From Botryllus schlosseri (taxonomy: Eukaryota): a DNA stretch of 64,000 nucleotides. Of this stretch, positions 1 through 11,243 are shown in pieces; positions within the stretch are counted from its first letter, which is position 1; the number at the start of each line of letters is the position of its first letter. The stretch covers positions 38,070,001-38,134,000 of the forward strand of contig CM119372.1 of NCBI GenBank assembly GCA_051294905.1. The letters are read 5' to 3'. Both the position numbers and the translations under genes were made by a program. The notes under the pieces are model-generated. The model was given only the letters and a program-made list of their open reading frames with translations, did not search any database and was not told the DNA's origin.

Positions 1-308
1 TCAAGTGAAAATCGCCAGGAATGACGCGAAATACGTAATGCGGACGTTCCAGCGGGTCATTCGGGTGTCAAATCAGAGTGATGTTCTTACTTTTTTCTTG
101 TCAACACAGCAAGATTTTCAGTAAATATTGCAAAATCAGCTGTTTTCAATTTCTGTAAACTATATAACTTTTATGCTTTGATAGTTAAGTTTCCTCCTTT
201 GCCGATTCCAAAATATGGTAAACCTATTCAGTTAGCAACATTGATACGGTTTGCGACTGGCGCCCACCCATAATACCGCATAAAGTTACTAAAAAAATAT
301 TCATAAAC

Positions 309-518
309 CTGGAGAGAAATCATTGCCAGAGTCACTATCCCTATTTTCCCAATGTGTCTTTTCCTCCAATTGTGAGTCCGCGTCCACATCACATTGTCTC
401 TCTGCCTCATGATGGAATTGTACTAGCGTTTCCCCATAGCATTGTGGCTGTGTCTCATCATCAAATTCATCACATGTGCTGAATGGGGGCAATTCAGCTG
501 GCATTAATCTCAGCTGTC
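309..518 (-). CDS. Second coding exon of the same gene (acidic: QLRLMPAELPPFSTCDEFDDETQPQCYGE...DSDSGNDFSP); the gene continues left of the window
   Basis: Acceptor TCCTATTTCAG, 210 nt open (phase 1-1), GT donor. Overlaps ORF 301..504. Confidence 0.65.
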
Positions 519-564
519 CTGAAATAGGAATAAGACGTTACTTGGCACTGGCATATGCACCAGC

Positions 565-1116
565 TAGTAGCCGCATTGCTACAGGAGAAGAAAGTTTCTA
601 TTTATTATATAAAAATAAATAGCAAAAAATTTGAAAATTTTCTGTTCACCCCATGAAAGTGTTAGGTTGTGTATAGAAACGATGTTCACCAAATTTGGTT
701 CAATTCCAACCAGTGGAAGCGGAGTTATGACCGTCGAAAAATTTGGATTATGAATAAAATCGTATTTACGGTGACCAATTCTTTAATTATTTATTCTAGT
801 GGTGCCCACCATAAATACTATTTTATTTAAATCCAAATTTTTCGACGGCAATAACTCCGCTTCCACTGGTTGGAATTGAACCAAATTTGGTGAACATCGT
901 TTCTATACACAACCTAATACTTTCATGGGGTGAACAGAAAATTTTTTGCTATTAATTTTTATGTAATAAATAAAAACTTCCTTCTCCTGTAGCAATGCGG
1001 CTACTGGTCGGAATTGAACCAAATTTGGTGTATAGGCTTAAATTAGGTAACCTAACGATTTTATCAGGTAGCCAGTACGATTTGAGAAAAAAAAAGTCAT
1101 TTTTGAAGAGCCCTAG
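565..1116. mobile_element. Palindromic (foldback) MITE, left end truncated
   Basis: About 210-bp arms 566-775 and 805-1005 are reverse complements. Other family members lie at 21843-22054 and at 54350-54432 plus 59955-60278. Confidence 0.85.
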
Positions 1117-1342
1117 TGTACCGTATATAATCAAGAAGACGAGATAAGAGGCAAGTTTTCGTTAGTTACTTATGGAGAGGACGTATGATAACCCTAAAAT
1201 TAGTGATACCATGACATCATGAATTTAAATTGTGACGTACCGTTACAGTTGATTGACACGTATGGCACTTTGGGACTTGAAATGGATAAAATAGGCCGCT
1301 TATGGCTCTTCGGGGGAAAAGGTTCTCAAACCATGCTGTACT

Positions 1343-1464
1343 CAGTGATTCGGAATGGGACTTGACTCGATGGTGAATTGAAAATGACTAGACTTGAATC
1401 GAGTAAAAACAATATAAGTAAGATTGACTTGTGACTCGGAACTTGTGACTTGGTTACAACCCTG
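1343..1464. mobile_element. Right-end fragment of the GACTC-repeat hAT-like family
   Basis: Ends GTGACTTGGTTACAACCCTG, as does the element at 18860-19411. Confidence 0.75.
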
Positions 1465-1663
1465 ATTGTAACTAAGAAATAACCGGAGATGTGCCATTAA
1501 TTTTAAAAGCAATCGAAGAAAAAAGTTGCTAATATTTATTGTTGACGCGATATGTTGTTTGGAACGCATCTTCAAATCATGCACACGACATAATGTATAA
1601 CATTATGCTGTTAACCCATTTTGATGTAATCAGACTGAATGTTAAGTCAGCAACGAGACTTAC

Positions 1664-1754
1664 TTCGTGTCAACAGCTGTTCACCCTCCAAAAAGTCTTC
1701 CTCAACACCCGAACCGAGATCGGCGTCTGCAGCCTCTGGGTAATAAAACTCCAT
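1664..1754 (-). CDS. First coding exon of an uncharacterised minus-strand gene (MEFYYPEAADADLGSGVEEDFLEGEQLLTR)
   Basis: ATG at 1754, 30 codons plus 1 nt open, then a perfect GTAAGT donor. Its phase-1 end matches the phase-1 start of exon 309-518. Confidence 0.65.
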
Positions 1755-2407
1755 ACTCTTACTGGCGGGCAGTTACAGTATTAGTATTCCAACAGATGCT
1801 TACTGACCTATCGTTGCAGTTGTTCTACTCATAGAATAATAATCTGCATAGAATAATTAGGTAATTAAACAGAAAGTTCTGCGTGACGTTGCCACCAATT
1901 CCACTCTGTGCAATCATAATAAATAGGCCTACCGTACAAGAAATTATGACTGAAGAAAAAGATGAAATGATAACAGGCCCTACTGGAATTTCGGTACGTT
2001 TTGCCTTATATAACAGGTGAGCAGCGATGATTCTCCAAGTTAAAGTAATTTAATATAAGTTATTTAAAAAAAATAAAACATAGCGTGAGCCGTGAGCACA
2101 GCCTGCACAGGAGACAGGCCAAACAGGGCGGCTGCTGCGGGTTTATCAAGTTAACTGCAGACGGTCTACAACAGAAAAACAAGTTTATTGTTGTCTTACG
2201 AAGTATATATTGATGATAACATTATGTAACACCTAATCTATATTAGTAAACATAATAAGTCAACGGAAATAATACTAATTATCATCAATCTGCAAATACA
2301 TATTGGATTCGCGACTCTACGAAAACAGGGAATTCCCCGACATGTCGTCTCTCGATTTCTCGATAAAGAGAGAAAGAGAGAGATTTATCGAGAGAAAATG
2401 CTTCATC

Positions 2408-2585
2408 GAGAGAGAGAGAGAGAGAGAATCTTTATTCGTACACATTAAATATCAACATTACACTACAAAAATTTAACAGCTTCTTGGAGGTACAGAACTT
2501 CAATATACAATTGAATAGTATATTCATATTGAAATGAACCCGAATATTTTCGGCTGACACTCGTCAGGGGTAATCGTCAGCAACT
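2408..2585 (-). mobile_element. Probable 3' end of a LINE/SINE with an AATAAA-(CT)n tail
   Basis: Minus strand reads CGAATAAAGATTCTCTCTCTC, resembling the tail of the LINE at 58885-58912. Confidence 0.5.
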
Positions 2586-2765
2586 AGTAGAGAATTGAAA
2601 AGAACATTGTATATCAACAATCGTATCACAAAATCGGCAAACATCTGTTAGATAATCCGATTTGTGCGAATAATTATCGAGACGACCGATTTCGAATCGT
2701 TGAGCGAGGCCGTTCACAATTCCATTTGTGTGCCGTAGAGTCGACTTTTATTAAAATACACCAAC

Positions 2766-2920
2766 CAGACATGGGGTAATCGCGATTAGTAATCGTAATC
2801 GATTACGACGATTACAGCATTTTCAAGTAATCGTAATCGCAATCGATTACATTCGAAAAAATTCCGAAGTAATCGTAATCGTAATCGTAATCGATTTCTT
2901 TGTGAAAGAACGATTACTTT
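2766..2920. mobile_element. Left terminus of a DNA transposon with (GTAATC)n subterminal repeats
   Basis: Begins CAGACATGGGGT followed by a GTAATC array. The inverse terminus is at 9366-9377. Confidence 0.7.
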
Positions 2921-3113
2921 TTATTTGTACAAGGACTATGAAATGAACTGAATATTCGAAAACAAGGAAGAGATGTTATACCAGTTACGTGATAGCACAA
3001 ACGTCTGATTTTCAAATGTCATTGCCCATTATTACGTCAGAGGTAGACTATATTAGCTTTGCTAGTGTAGAAGAAGTGGGTCGTCTGATAACCTGCTAGA
3101 GTTGTAACCTGAG

Positions 3114-5423
3114 CACTGGCGTAGCCAGCGAGGGGCGAAAGGGGCGATCGCCCCCCCCAAATTTTTGGAAAATTTTTCGTAAAATCAATAAATATGACAT
3201 TATTTTAGGGCAGATGAATGCAACCTAAAACATTTCTTCGCGCTTCGCGCGATTTAGTGTCCATGATCATAACTGTCTTGATTTTATTATTGGTGTCCCG
3301 AAAAAAATCTTCCGCAAATACCCACAATTGATTTTAGTTGCATTCTTAGTTATGAGAATACAACAGTACCAGTAGATAGACGAGAGTAACTCAAGGTCGT
3401 TGGGTTGACTGAGTTTAGGGTTGTCAGTTCAGTATGGGGATTGGGGACTGTTAGCTCCGACAATTCCCGTTACGGGACACACGAAGACATATAAAGTAGG
3501 TTACATGCGACTCCGCAAAGTGCGCTCCCAAATTGATTGACGGCCATAAAACCGACGCATGTATTCGATATAGATTTTCGGGTACTTAAATGGCTGGCGC
3601 CTAATGATCCTGTCCCTGCAATCAGACTTCTCCGACATGAATGCGACTGGCACAGGAAAATATCGCCATCTCCCTTTAAAAAGTGCTAATTTGAAATCGC
3701 ACGAGTCTGATCAAAAGATTTTTTTTTTAATTTGGTCTGGTATGTATATCAACAATTCCAATCTCTAAACTAGCATCAATCTTTACCAGAGGTCACTAAA
3801 TAACCGTGCTTCAACGAAGTAATTATTTGGAATGGAATCCACTTGCTCATATACACGCACCAATATTATTAATCAAATACTTTCATTTATTCAAAAACAT
3901 GTACGCTCCGCGCGACTGTCCGAAATGCACACTGCTTTTCAACTGGAAGCTTCCATAGGGTATGTGTGTGCGTGCGTCTAAGAAGAGTCTGAATAAAGGG
4001 TAGTGATGAAATTGCCCATGGCAGGATGTATGGTTCTGCGAGGTGTTCCCACGGGAGAGCTTCCCTAAACTCATAAAAATCGCCCCCCCCCCCCCCAAAG
4101 CAAAAAAAAATGTAATTATGGCTACGACCTTGTGTGTGAGCGATCTCTTGAGAGGTGACAGCTTTCTCCGCAAGTCATGAAGTAACAGCAATAAATGACA
4201 ACTGTCCCGTCCAGCGTCCACCCTATACAATCTCTAAACCAGTGGTTCTCAACCTTTTTGTCGTCGCGGACCCTCTTTGCAACTTCACGTACCCCGGCGG
4301 ACCTCCAGTTCTTATTTCAAATTTGCCTCTATTATCATGCAACCTTCATCTGCCTTGTGCAATTATTATCTGTAGGCTAGTGATAAACAACAGCGAAATG
4401 ACCTTTCTTGAAAATAACATCGACTTTTTATTATTTTAAAGCGAATTATGCAGCTGCATTTCTTGAAATACAGGGCTATGTCTTGAAAATCCAAGTCGTC
4501 GATTTGATATGAACGAGTGCCGAGAATCCATTTCCACAGAGATATGTGGTGGCGAATGTAATAATAACACGTAACGCGTCCGACGACACATTTGGCTATG
4601 ATGGCAACACACATGGATCAATATATCCTCCAGCCTATTAGTCATTTCTATCTAGCAGCGTATCGTGAAGTTATTCTGGAATAGCGGTCGGTGTATTTCA
4701 TAGGAGAAAATGGATCTCTGCATACAATTATTTCCAAAACCCCAGCAAAACATCCCTAAACAGCAATGTGTTCGTATAAGTAGGCTATTGGCAATTAAAA
4801 TGACTTTGCACGGTGGAATATTTCATCTCAGACGGCCATTCTCTGTTTATGTGAGTCCTGAACTTTCAGCAGTTATGAAGCGAAAGTGCTTCATCATCTC
4901 TCTAATTTAAAACACCAAAAATAGTTTATTATTATTAGGTTATCAACCATTTTGCAAATTTGGAGTTTCGTGGATCTCTTGAAAAGGCTTTGCGGACCAC
5001 CGGTTGAGAACCACTGTTCTAAATAGTCTTGCCGTGTGTTATGAACATAGTAGGCTACATAGTTCAAGTGTACTAGCCCTGAATGTTCGATGACACCACT
5101 TCTATCAGCTTTGCCGGTAAATCTGATAATGAAAACGTATTTGCAATATGCAAGTAAGAATATAATGAACAATTTTCATTCTTTAACCAAAAAATTTTCG
5201 CGCTTCGCGCGAAAGTGTTCACGTCAGAGTTTTCTACAATCACACATCACTTTATATGAGCGGAATATATGCATAAAGATCGCCTCAGATGTTGTGTTAG
5301 TCATCCAATAAGGGCCCAAGACCATCGTTTTAGCCCATTTTTCCTTATCTTAAGGTGGGAGGGGCTCATTTACGTCATCGAATTTTTCGCCCCCCCCAAA
5401 TATTTTTTCTGGCTACGCCCTTG
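3114..5423. mobile_element. Non-autonomous hAT-like element inserted in the LTR
   Basis: TIRs CACTGGCGTAGCCAG / CTGGCTACGCCCTTG; perfect 8-bp TSD AACCTGAG (3106-3113, 5424-5431). Confidence 0.9.
4240..5016. mobile_element. Charlie-like hAT MITE nested in 3114-5423
   Basis: TIRs CAGTGGTTCTCAACC / GGTTGAGAACCACTG; degenerate TSD CTCTAAAC/TTCTAAAT. Confidence 0.8.
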
Positions 5424-7831
5424 AACCTGAGTCCCACGTAATGGGTGGCTGGGTAGATATACTTAGCTCAGGGTAGTAGGCACACGTCCCTGCGTTAGTC
5501 CTTGGTCTGACAACTTCAACGTGAATCCAACGACAGTATTGCCTCAGATAGATATATTGGTCGAATATGCATGGAATATACAGTAGGGTACCGCATATGA
5601 GTCTGGTTTGTAATTGAAATGCACGAGCTGATAAATGGTAAGTCACGTGGTAGCGAGAAGAAAGATATAAATCACGTGATATACGATATGGGCGATGTAC
5701 CACAATGATGTTGTATCTTACAAAGTGTATGAACCGTGAGAGGGCGCAGGGCGTCCTACATCGCCTCTGCTAAAAAGGCGTGATTAGCGACAATAGAAAA
5801 TGAAATTTACATGCATTGAATAGCAGTACGATTACGAAACGTAATAATTTCAACATATAACACATAGCATGTGGTTTAACGAGGTAAGGCCGAAGTGTGT
5901 AGTTAATAAAGTATTGGTGGAAGGGTGATAACGTCAATTTAAAATGCGATATTGTATGACCGCACTATTTATACAACATGATAGCAATGAAACCGCATAG
6001 TGTATTGATAACACGTTAAGGCTAGGTTAGATATAGTCAAAATGGCGAATTGGTTATATCTGAGGCAATTTTTGTATTTTATTTAAAAGAACAATAAATG
6101 AAAGAAAAAATATGTTCACAAAGGAATTGACATTGGGTCTGGCGAATGCGTCATACGCTAGAACGAATTGGTGGTAACTCGAAAATGAGTGTCTGTTATT
6201 TGTAAAGGCAAAATCCTATAAGCGGATTTACCGTGTAAGGGTGGAAAAGTCCTGGATGGCTCCATATAGCAGTTGTAAGTCCAATTGTGTAGGAGGCGAT
6301 TCGTCCTTCGTTGAAGCTGAAATCATCTCACTCGGGGCACCATGTAGAAGAAGTGGGTCGTCTGATAACCTGCTAGAGTTGTAACCTGAGTCCCACGTAA
6401 TGGGTGGCTGGGTAGATATACTTAGCTCAGGGTAGTAGGCACACGTCCCTGCGTTAGTCCTTGGTCTGACAACTTCAACGTGAATCCAACGACAGTATTG
6501 CCTCAGATAGATATATTGGTCGAATATGCATGGAATATACAGTAGGGTACCGCATATGAGTCTGGTTTGTAATTGAAATGCACGAGCTGATAAATGGTAA
6601 GTCACGTGGTAGCGAGAAGAAAGATATAAATCACGTGATATACGATATGGGCGATGTACCACAATGATGTTGTATCTTACAAAGTGTATGAACCGTGAGA
6701 GGGCGCAGGGCGTCCTACACTAGTCATTGCGTACCACAGTAAATAGATATTCGATGTACATACACGTACATTAGTGTGATTGTAAGAACAGTCGCTGTGC
6801 TGTTTATCAGCTTATCAACACGTCTCACACGCCATAGTACCCCGCAGCAGGATAATTAATCACCACTTTTCCTAGTTTAAAATAGTAACTTGTGCATTAA
6901 TGTTTGGTTATGCTTAGTTAAACGCAGTTTGACCGTTGTTGATTGGCGAGCAGTAGGCCTATGTAGTACGTACGTTCACCGGAGAAAGATTTAAAATTTT
7001 GTACTCGTCAAATAAAACGAAGCATTAAACATCAACAGCTGCTGATACATATCATAACCGAACCGTTTTTGCCGTTTCTCGTAACGGCAGCTTGCAGTAC
7101 AGTATCTGTATTAAGTTCAAGGCAGAGTTTTATGTTCTCTGCATCTTATTCTCGTATGACTCTACTGCCGTCATAGCCATGGACTTATATATCATGCTAG
7201 CGTGGGATATACCTAGAATCAGAACCAAAACAACAATTCGTCCCCCACTCCAAACGTTGGTCTTTGGCCCCCATAGGGTGGTATTTTCAAGTTGAAGACT
7301 GAATGTCGTCAATAACATTGGTAATAGCATTATATTATTATTAATTTTTGATCCTCTCTCTGCCCCCGATGGTCAGATTTACGTCTGGTATCTTGTTATA
7401 ATTACTTTAGTGTATGTTGTTAATTCAAGGCCTCCGGTCTGTTATATAACCAAAAGATATTGTTGTATCCCAAACGTAGCAGACTAAAAGAAAAAAAAAA
7501 CTTTTGTGAGACGCACACACAAATTGTCATGTCTTTAATGTTCTGCGGGTGCCCGGGAGTGGCATTTGCATTGTGGATACAGATTGGAAGGACCAGACTA
7601 TTAGTCACGACCACCCAGCGCGGCTATTGACAATGGGCACACACCCTAAGTTTCGGCCAAGGTCTTTCTTTAGTAGCACACTTCGTGAAGTCGCGTGTTG
7701 GTCGAAACTACATGTGTGTCGTGGCACGGTATTGACTGGAACCTAAATGCCCATTACTATAAATTAGGGGTGCTTTTAGAACAAAATCAATTTAAAGAAA
7801 ACATGTTTAAAAGAAAGGCCCTTGTTTAAAA

Positions 7832-8639
7832 CATCATCATCATCATCATCATTGGTTTATTAGCAATTTTATCAGTTCAATACACCACAAAAAATGCGAT
7901 ACAATGAATAGACAGGAAGATGTCGAAGCGACTTGGATTTGTCAATGGAATCGGACACCCACCTTGGCCTAGGCGTAGTAAAGAGGAGGCATGCACACTG
8001 AATGAAAGTAAAGAATACAGTATAGAAAAAGAAAGCGACAAGAAATAGGGCGGCATGTCATTGGAAGCGAGATCGATAGGTCAGTCGTGGTCCGGTAATC
8101 TTGAGGATGGACTGTATTTATTTAGTAGTAATTGCTTGTATTTCGACTTGAATGTGGACATGCTCGTCGACTGTCGGATGGCCGGCGGGATACTGTTCCA
8201 CACATCAGGTCCGGCATATTTGATGGAGCGATGATCTTTTCGGTCGATCATATGATATTTGGACGACGTGGACGCGCGTGTGTTGTACTTGTGCGCTTTT
8301 GATTCAGGGGTAAAGAAGTCATTGAAATATTCGGGGCAACGACCGCAGTGAAACTGATACATAAACTTGGCGATTTCTAGTTTCCGCATATCTTCTATGT
8401 TTAGGACGCCGAATCTCTTCAGCAGCGACTTATTGGATGGGCAGCCAGGCCCCTTTGGGGCCCTAGCTATGATTCGGAGCACTTTATGCTGTAGTTTCTG
8501 CAGTGGCTTGAGTGCAGTTTTACTGGCAGCCCCTCAACAGAGGATGCCATAATGTAACTTCGATTGGATTAAGGATTTAAAGAGTATCAGGAGAACCCAT
8601 GCTGGCATGAAGCGCCCAAGGCTGTAGAACAGGCCGCAC
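7832..8639 (-). mobile_element. 5'-truncated CR1/L2-group LINE (ORF2 C-terminus, 3' UTR, AATAAA, (ATG)n tail)
   Basis: Encodes ...LHYGILC*GAA...KLEIAKFMYQFH...HKYNTR...YAGPDVWNSIP. Near-identical inverted copy at 9524-10326. Confidence 0.9.
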
Positions 8640-9217
8640 ATGTTTTTTATTGATTTATTTTTCAAGCAATGGCGTCACGAATGTGGATTGACATTGACAA
8701 TTGAAAATATAGGGGAAATATAGCTCCTTTGACGAAATATCTTTAATATAATTGTTGAACCGACTATTTTGAGGGGTTCCAACCCTCCTATATCGATGTA
8801 TGTCGGCTACATCGGGTGGCAATTGTCCGTATAGGCTCATACAACATGTTTTTTCGAAAGCATTTATACAAATATGGCATAATTTTACAACAATTTTACA
8901 ACACAATTTTTAAGTTATTTAAATCCCTCAAAAATACTCTATGATTTATGTAGGTTTACGAAATACTTTTGAGTCCCCTTCTAGCTCGCTCCCCACCCTA
9001 TTGGGAAATTTGGGATGGGCACTGGGCAGTCATGAACCTGGCAAGAATGCAAATCGTTGGGTGCGATAAATCGTCCACTATAAAAATGGGCAATATGTAC
9101 ATTATGACGTAACAAGCAAATGACGCATCTTTTTAAAGGAAGTTTGTTATCTCATTAGGCGTTTTCAGCGCAATCCATATATTGTCATCCAATAAAAATT
9201 CTAATATGCAAAATAAA

Positions 9218-9377
9218 TGTAATCGTGAGTAATCGTGATTACTTTTCCAATGTAATCGTAATCGTAATCGACTACTTCCCGATTTTGCTGTAATCGTAAT
9301 CGTAATCGTAATCGCGTCATTCAGAAGTAATCGTAATCGCAATCGATTACATTCATGAAGTAATCACCCCATGTCTG
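9218..9377. mobile_element. Right terminus of the (GTAATC)n DNA transposon family
   Basis: GTAATC array ending ACCCCATGTCTG, the inverse of 2766-2777. No matching TSD with the left end. Confidence 0.7.
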
Positions 9378-9523
9378 ATCTAGATTTCCGACCGAGAATT
9401 CGTATTGCTCGGTTTTGCAAGACTTGTAATTTCTGCAAATGTTTTTTTGCAGCAGGTCCCCAAACTAGGATCCCATAAATGAGATAGCAGTGAATTAAGG
9501 CATAGTAGACTGATCTGATCGAA

Positions 9524-10326
9524 GTGCGGCCTATTCTACAGCCTTAGGCGCTTCATGCCAGCATGGGTTCTTCTGATACTCTTTAAATCCTTAATCCAAT
9601 CGAAGTTACACTATGGCATCCTCTGTTGGGGGGCTGCCAGTAAAACTGCACTCAAGCCACTGCAAAAACTACAACATAAAGTACTCCGAATTATAGCTAG
9701 GGCCCCAAAGGGGCCTGGCTGCCCATCCAACAAGTCGCTGCTGAAGAGATTCGGCGTCCTAAACATAGAAGATATGCGGAAACTAGAAATCGCCAAGTTT
9801 ATGTATCAGTTCCACTGCGGTCGTTGCCCCGAATATTTCAATGACTTCTTTACCTCGGAATCAAAAGCGCACAAGTACAACACACGCGCGTCCACGTCGT
9901 CCAAATATCATATGATCGACCGAAAAGATCATCGCTCTATCAAATATGCCGGACCTGATGTGTGGAACAGTATCCCGCCGGCCATCCGACAGTCGACGAG
10001 CATGTCCACATTCAAGTCGAAATACAATCAATTACTACTAAATAAATACAGTCCATCCTCAAGATTACCGGACCACGACTGACCTGTCGATCTCACTCCC
10101 CATGACATGCCGCCCTATTTCTTGTCACTTTCTTTTTCTATACTATCTTCTTTACTTTCATTCAGTGTGCATGCCTCCTCTTTACATCGCCTATAGGCCA
10201 AGGTGGGTGTCAGATTCCATAGACTACTCCTTGTCGCTTCGACATCTTCCTGTCTTTTCATTGTATCGCATTTTTTGTGGTGTATTGAACTGATAAAATT
10301 GCTAATAAACCAATGATGATGATGAT
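9524..10326 (+). mobile_element. 5'-truncated CR1/L2-group LINE with an intact 175-aa ORF2 C-terminus
   Basis: ORF 9555..10082 carries the typical LINE ORF2 tail motifs YGILCWG, HKYNTR and GPDVWNSIP. Ends AATAAACCAATGATGATGATGAT. Confidence 0.9.
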
Positions 10327-10640
10327 CTGAGAGTTTGATGAGGAATTAAATTTTTAAGAAGATAGAGAGCCCCGACACCACGCCAGATTTTAGTTTTTAT
10401 ATTGTTGACATGATCAGACCATCCGAGTTTATCATCAATTATAACGCCAAGATATTTACCAGTTTTATGTGTATCAAGATGTGCGTCATTTACTATAATT
10501 TCACTTCGATTTACTTGTGTATGAAATTCGAGAGTTTTGGTTTCGGAGGCATTTAGCTGAAGTTGGTTGGATGCCATCCATTTTGACACTGTCGATAGCT
10601 TAGTGTTAATGTTGTGAAATACATCAGATAAATATTTACC
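10327..10640 (-). mobile_element. Fragment of a different CR1/L2-group LINE RT
   Basis: WMASNQLQLNASETK...KYLGVIIDDKLGWSDHVNNI is a LINE RT C-terminal signature. Confidence 0.85.
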
Positions 10641-11049
10641 GGGTATAACCAGCGTGTACTCAAAGGTGGTGTGGACACTCGGAAAATCACGTGACTGTCA
10701 CGCCCAGATAACTTTGACGACTTTGTTATCGTCGATCCGTCTACAACAGTAATTAAAGGCGAAGTCGCTATTGGTCTTTGTTGATTTTAACTGTGTTACA
10801 TATCGAGTTAGGTGGCAGGATTTAGTATGGTATATTTTGATTCTGTCATCTACACTGTAAAAATAATTCTTGTAAAATAGCTTGTAACAAGCTAATAAAT
10901 GCTTGATACAAGCTCGATGGAGCTTGCAAATGCCAAATGCAAGCATATAACAAGCTGTCATAGGTCGATGCTTATAATTGTGCTTGTAAATTGTTTATAT
11001 TTTCTGCAAGAAGAATGAACAAAAATAGCAGTCTGTACTCACTCAAGAT

Positions 11050-11235
11050 TCGTCACAGACATGATAACACACCCCAGACACCATAACACACCACAGACAT
11101 GCCCAGACACGATGTCCGAGTGTCAACACAGTTCGCACACGCCCCCCGACATGCCTCAGACATGTCCCAGACATGATGTGCGATCGAAAACGCAGTTTGA
11201 ACTTACTCCAGACATGCCTCAGACATGATTTCTTA
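11050..11235. repeat. Left part of a CAGACATG-rich tandem repeat (about 40-55 bp units)
   Basis: Recurrent CCCAGACATG / ATGTCCGAGTGTCAAC motifs; continues at 16770 beyond the Gypsy insertion. Confidence 0.8.
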
Positions 11236-11243
11236 CTGTCCAC

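Larger units (their letters stand above)
3066..6719 (-). mobile_element. Small non-autonomous Gypsy-type LTR element (TRIM-like): 377-bp LTRs, 582-bp internal region, one LTR split by a hAT insertion
   Basis: LTRs TGTAG...CTACA at 3066-3113 plus 5432-5760 and at 6343-6719. 4-bp TSD CTAG (3062-3065, 6720-6723). PBS TGGTGCCCCGAGTGAG on the minus strand at 6327-6342; purine-rich tract beside the other LTR. Confidence 0.92.

Noticed and set aside
1946..2016. Plus-strand exon MTEEKDEMITGPTGIS with a GT donor
   Set aside because: The donor-like sequence is part of a dispersed repeat that also occurs inverted, and no compatible downstream exon was found.
5413..6662. Duplicated ORFs MVHRPYRISRD... 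(and MYHAVYHVTT... at 11320 and 16480) as genes
   Set aside because: They are incidental frames within the duplicated LTRs.
2766..9377. A single 6.6-kb (GTAATC)n transposon spanning both termini
   Set aside because: The TIRs match but the flanks (ACACCAAC versus ATCTAGAT) show no TSD, so one element cannot be asserted.
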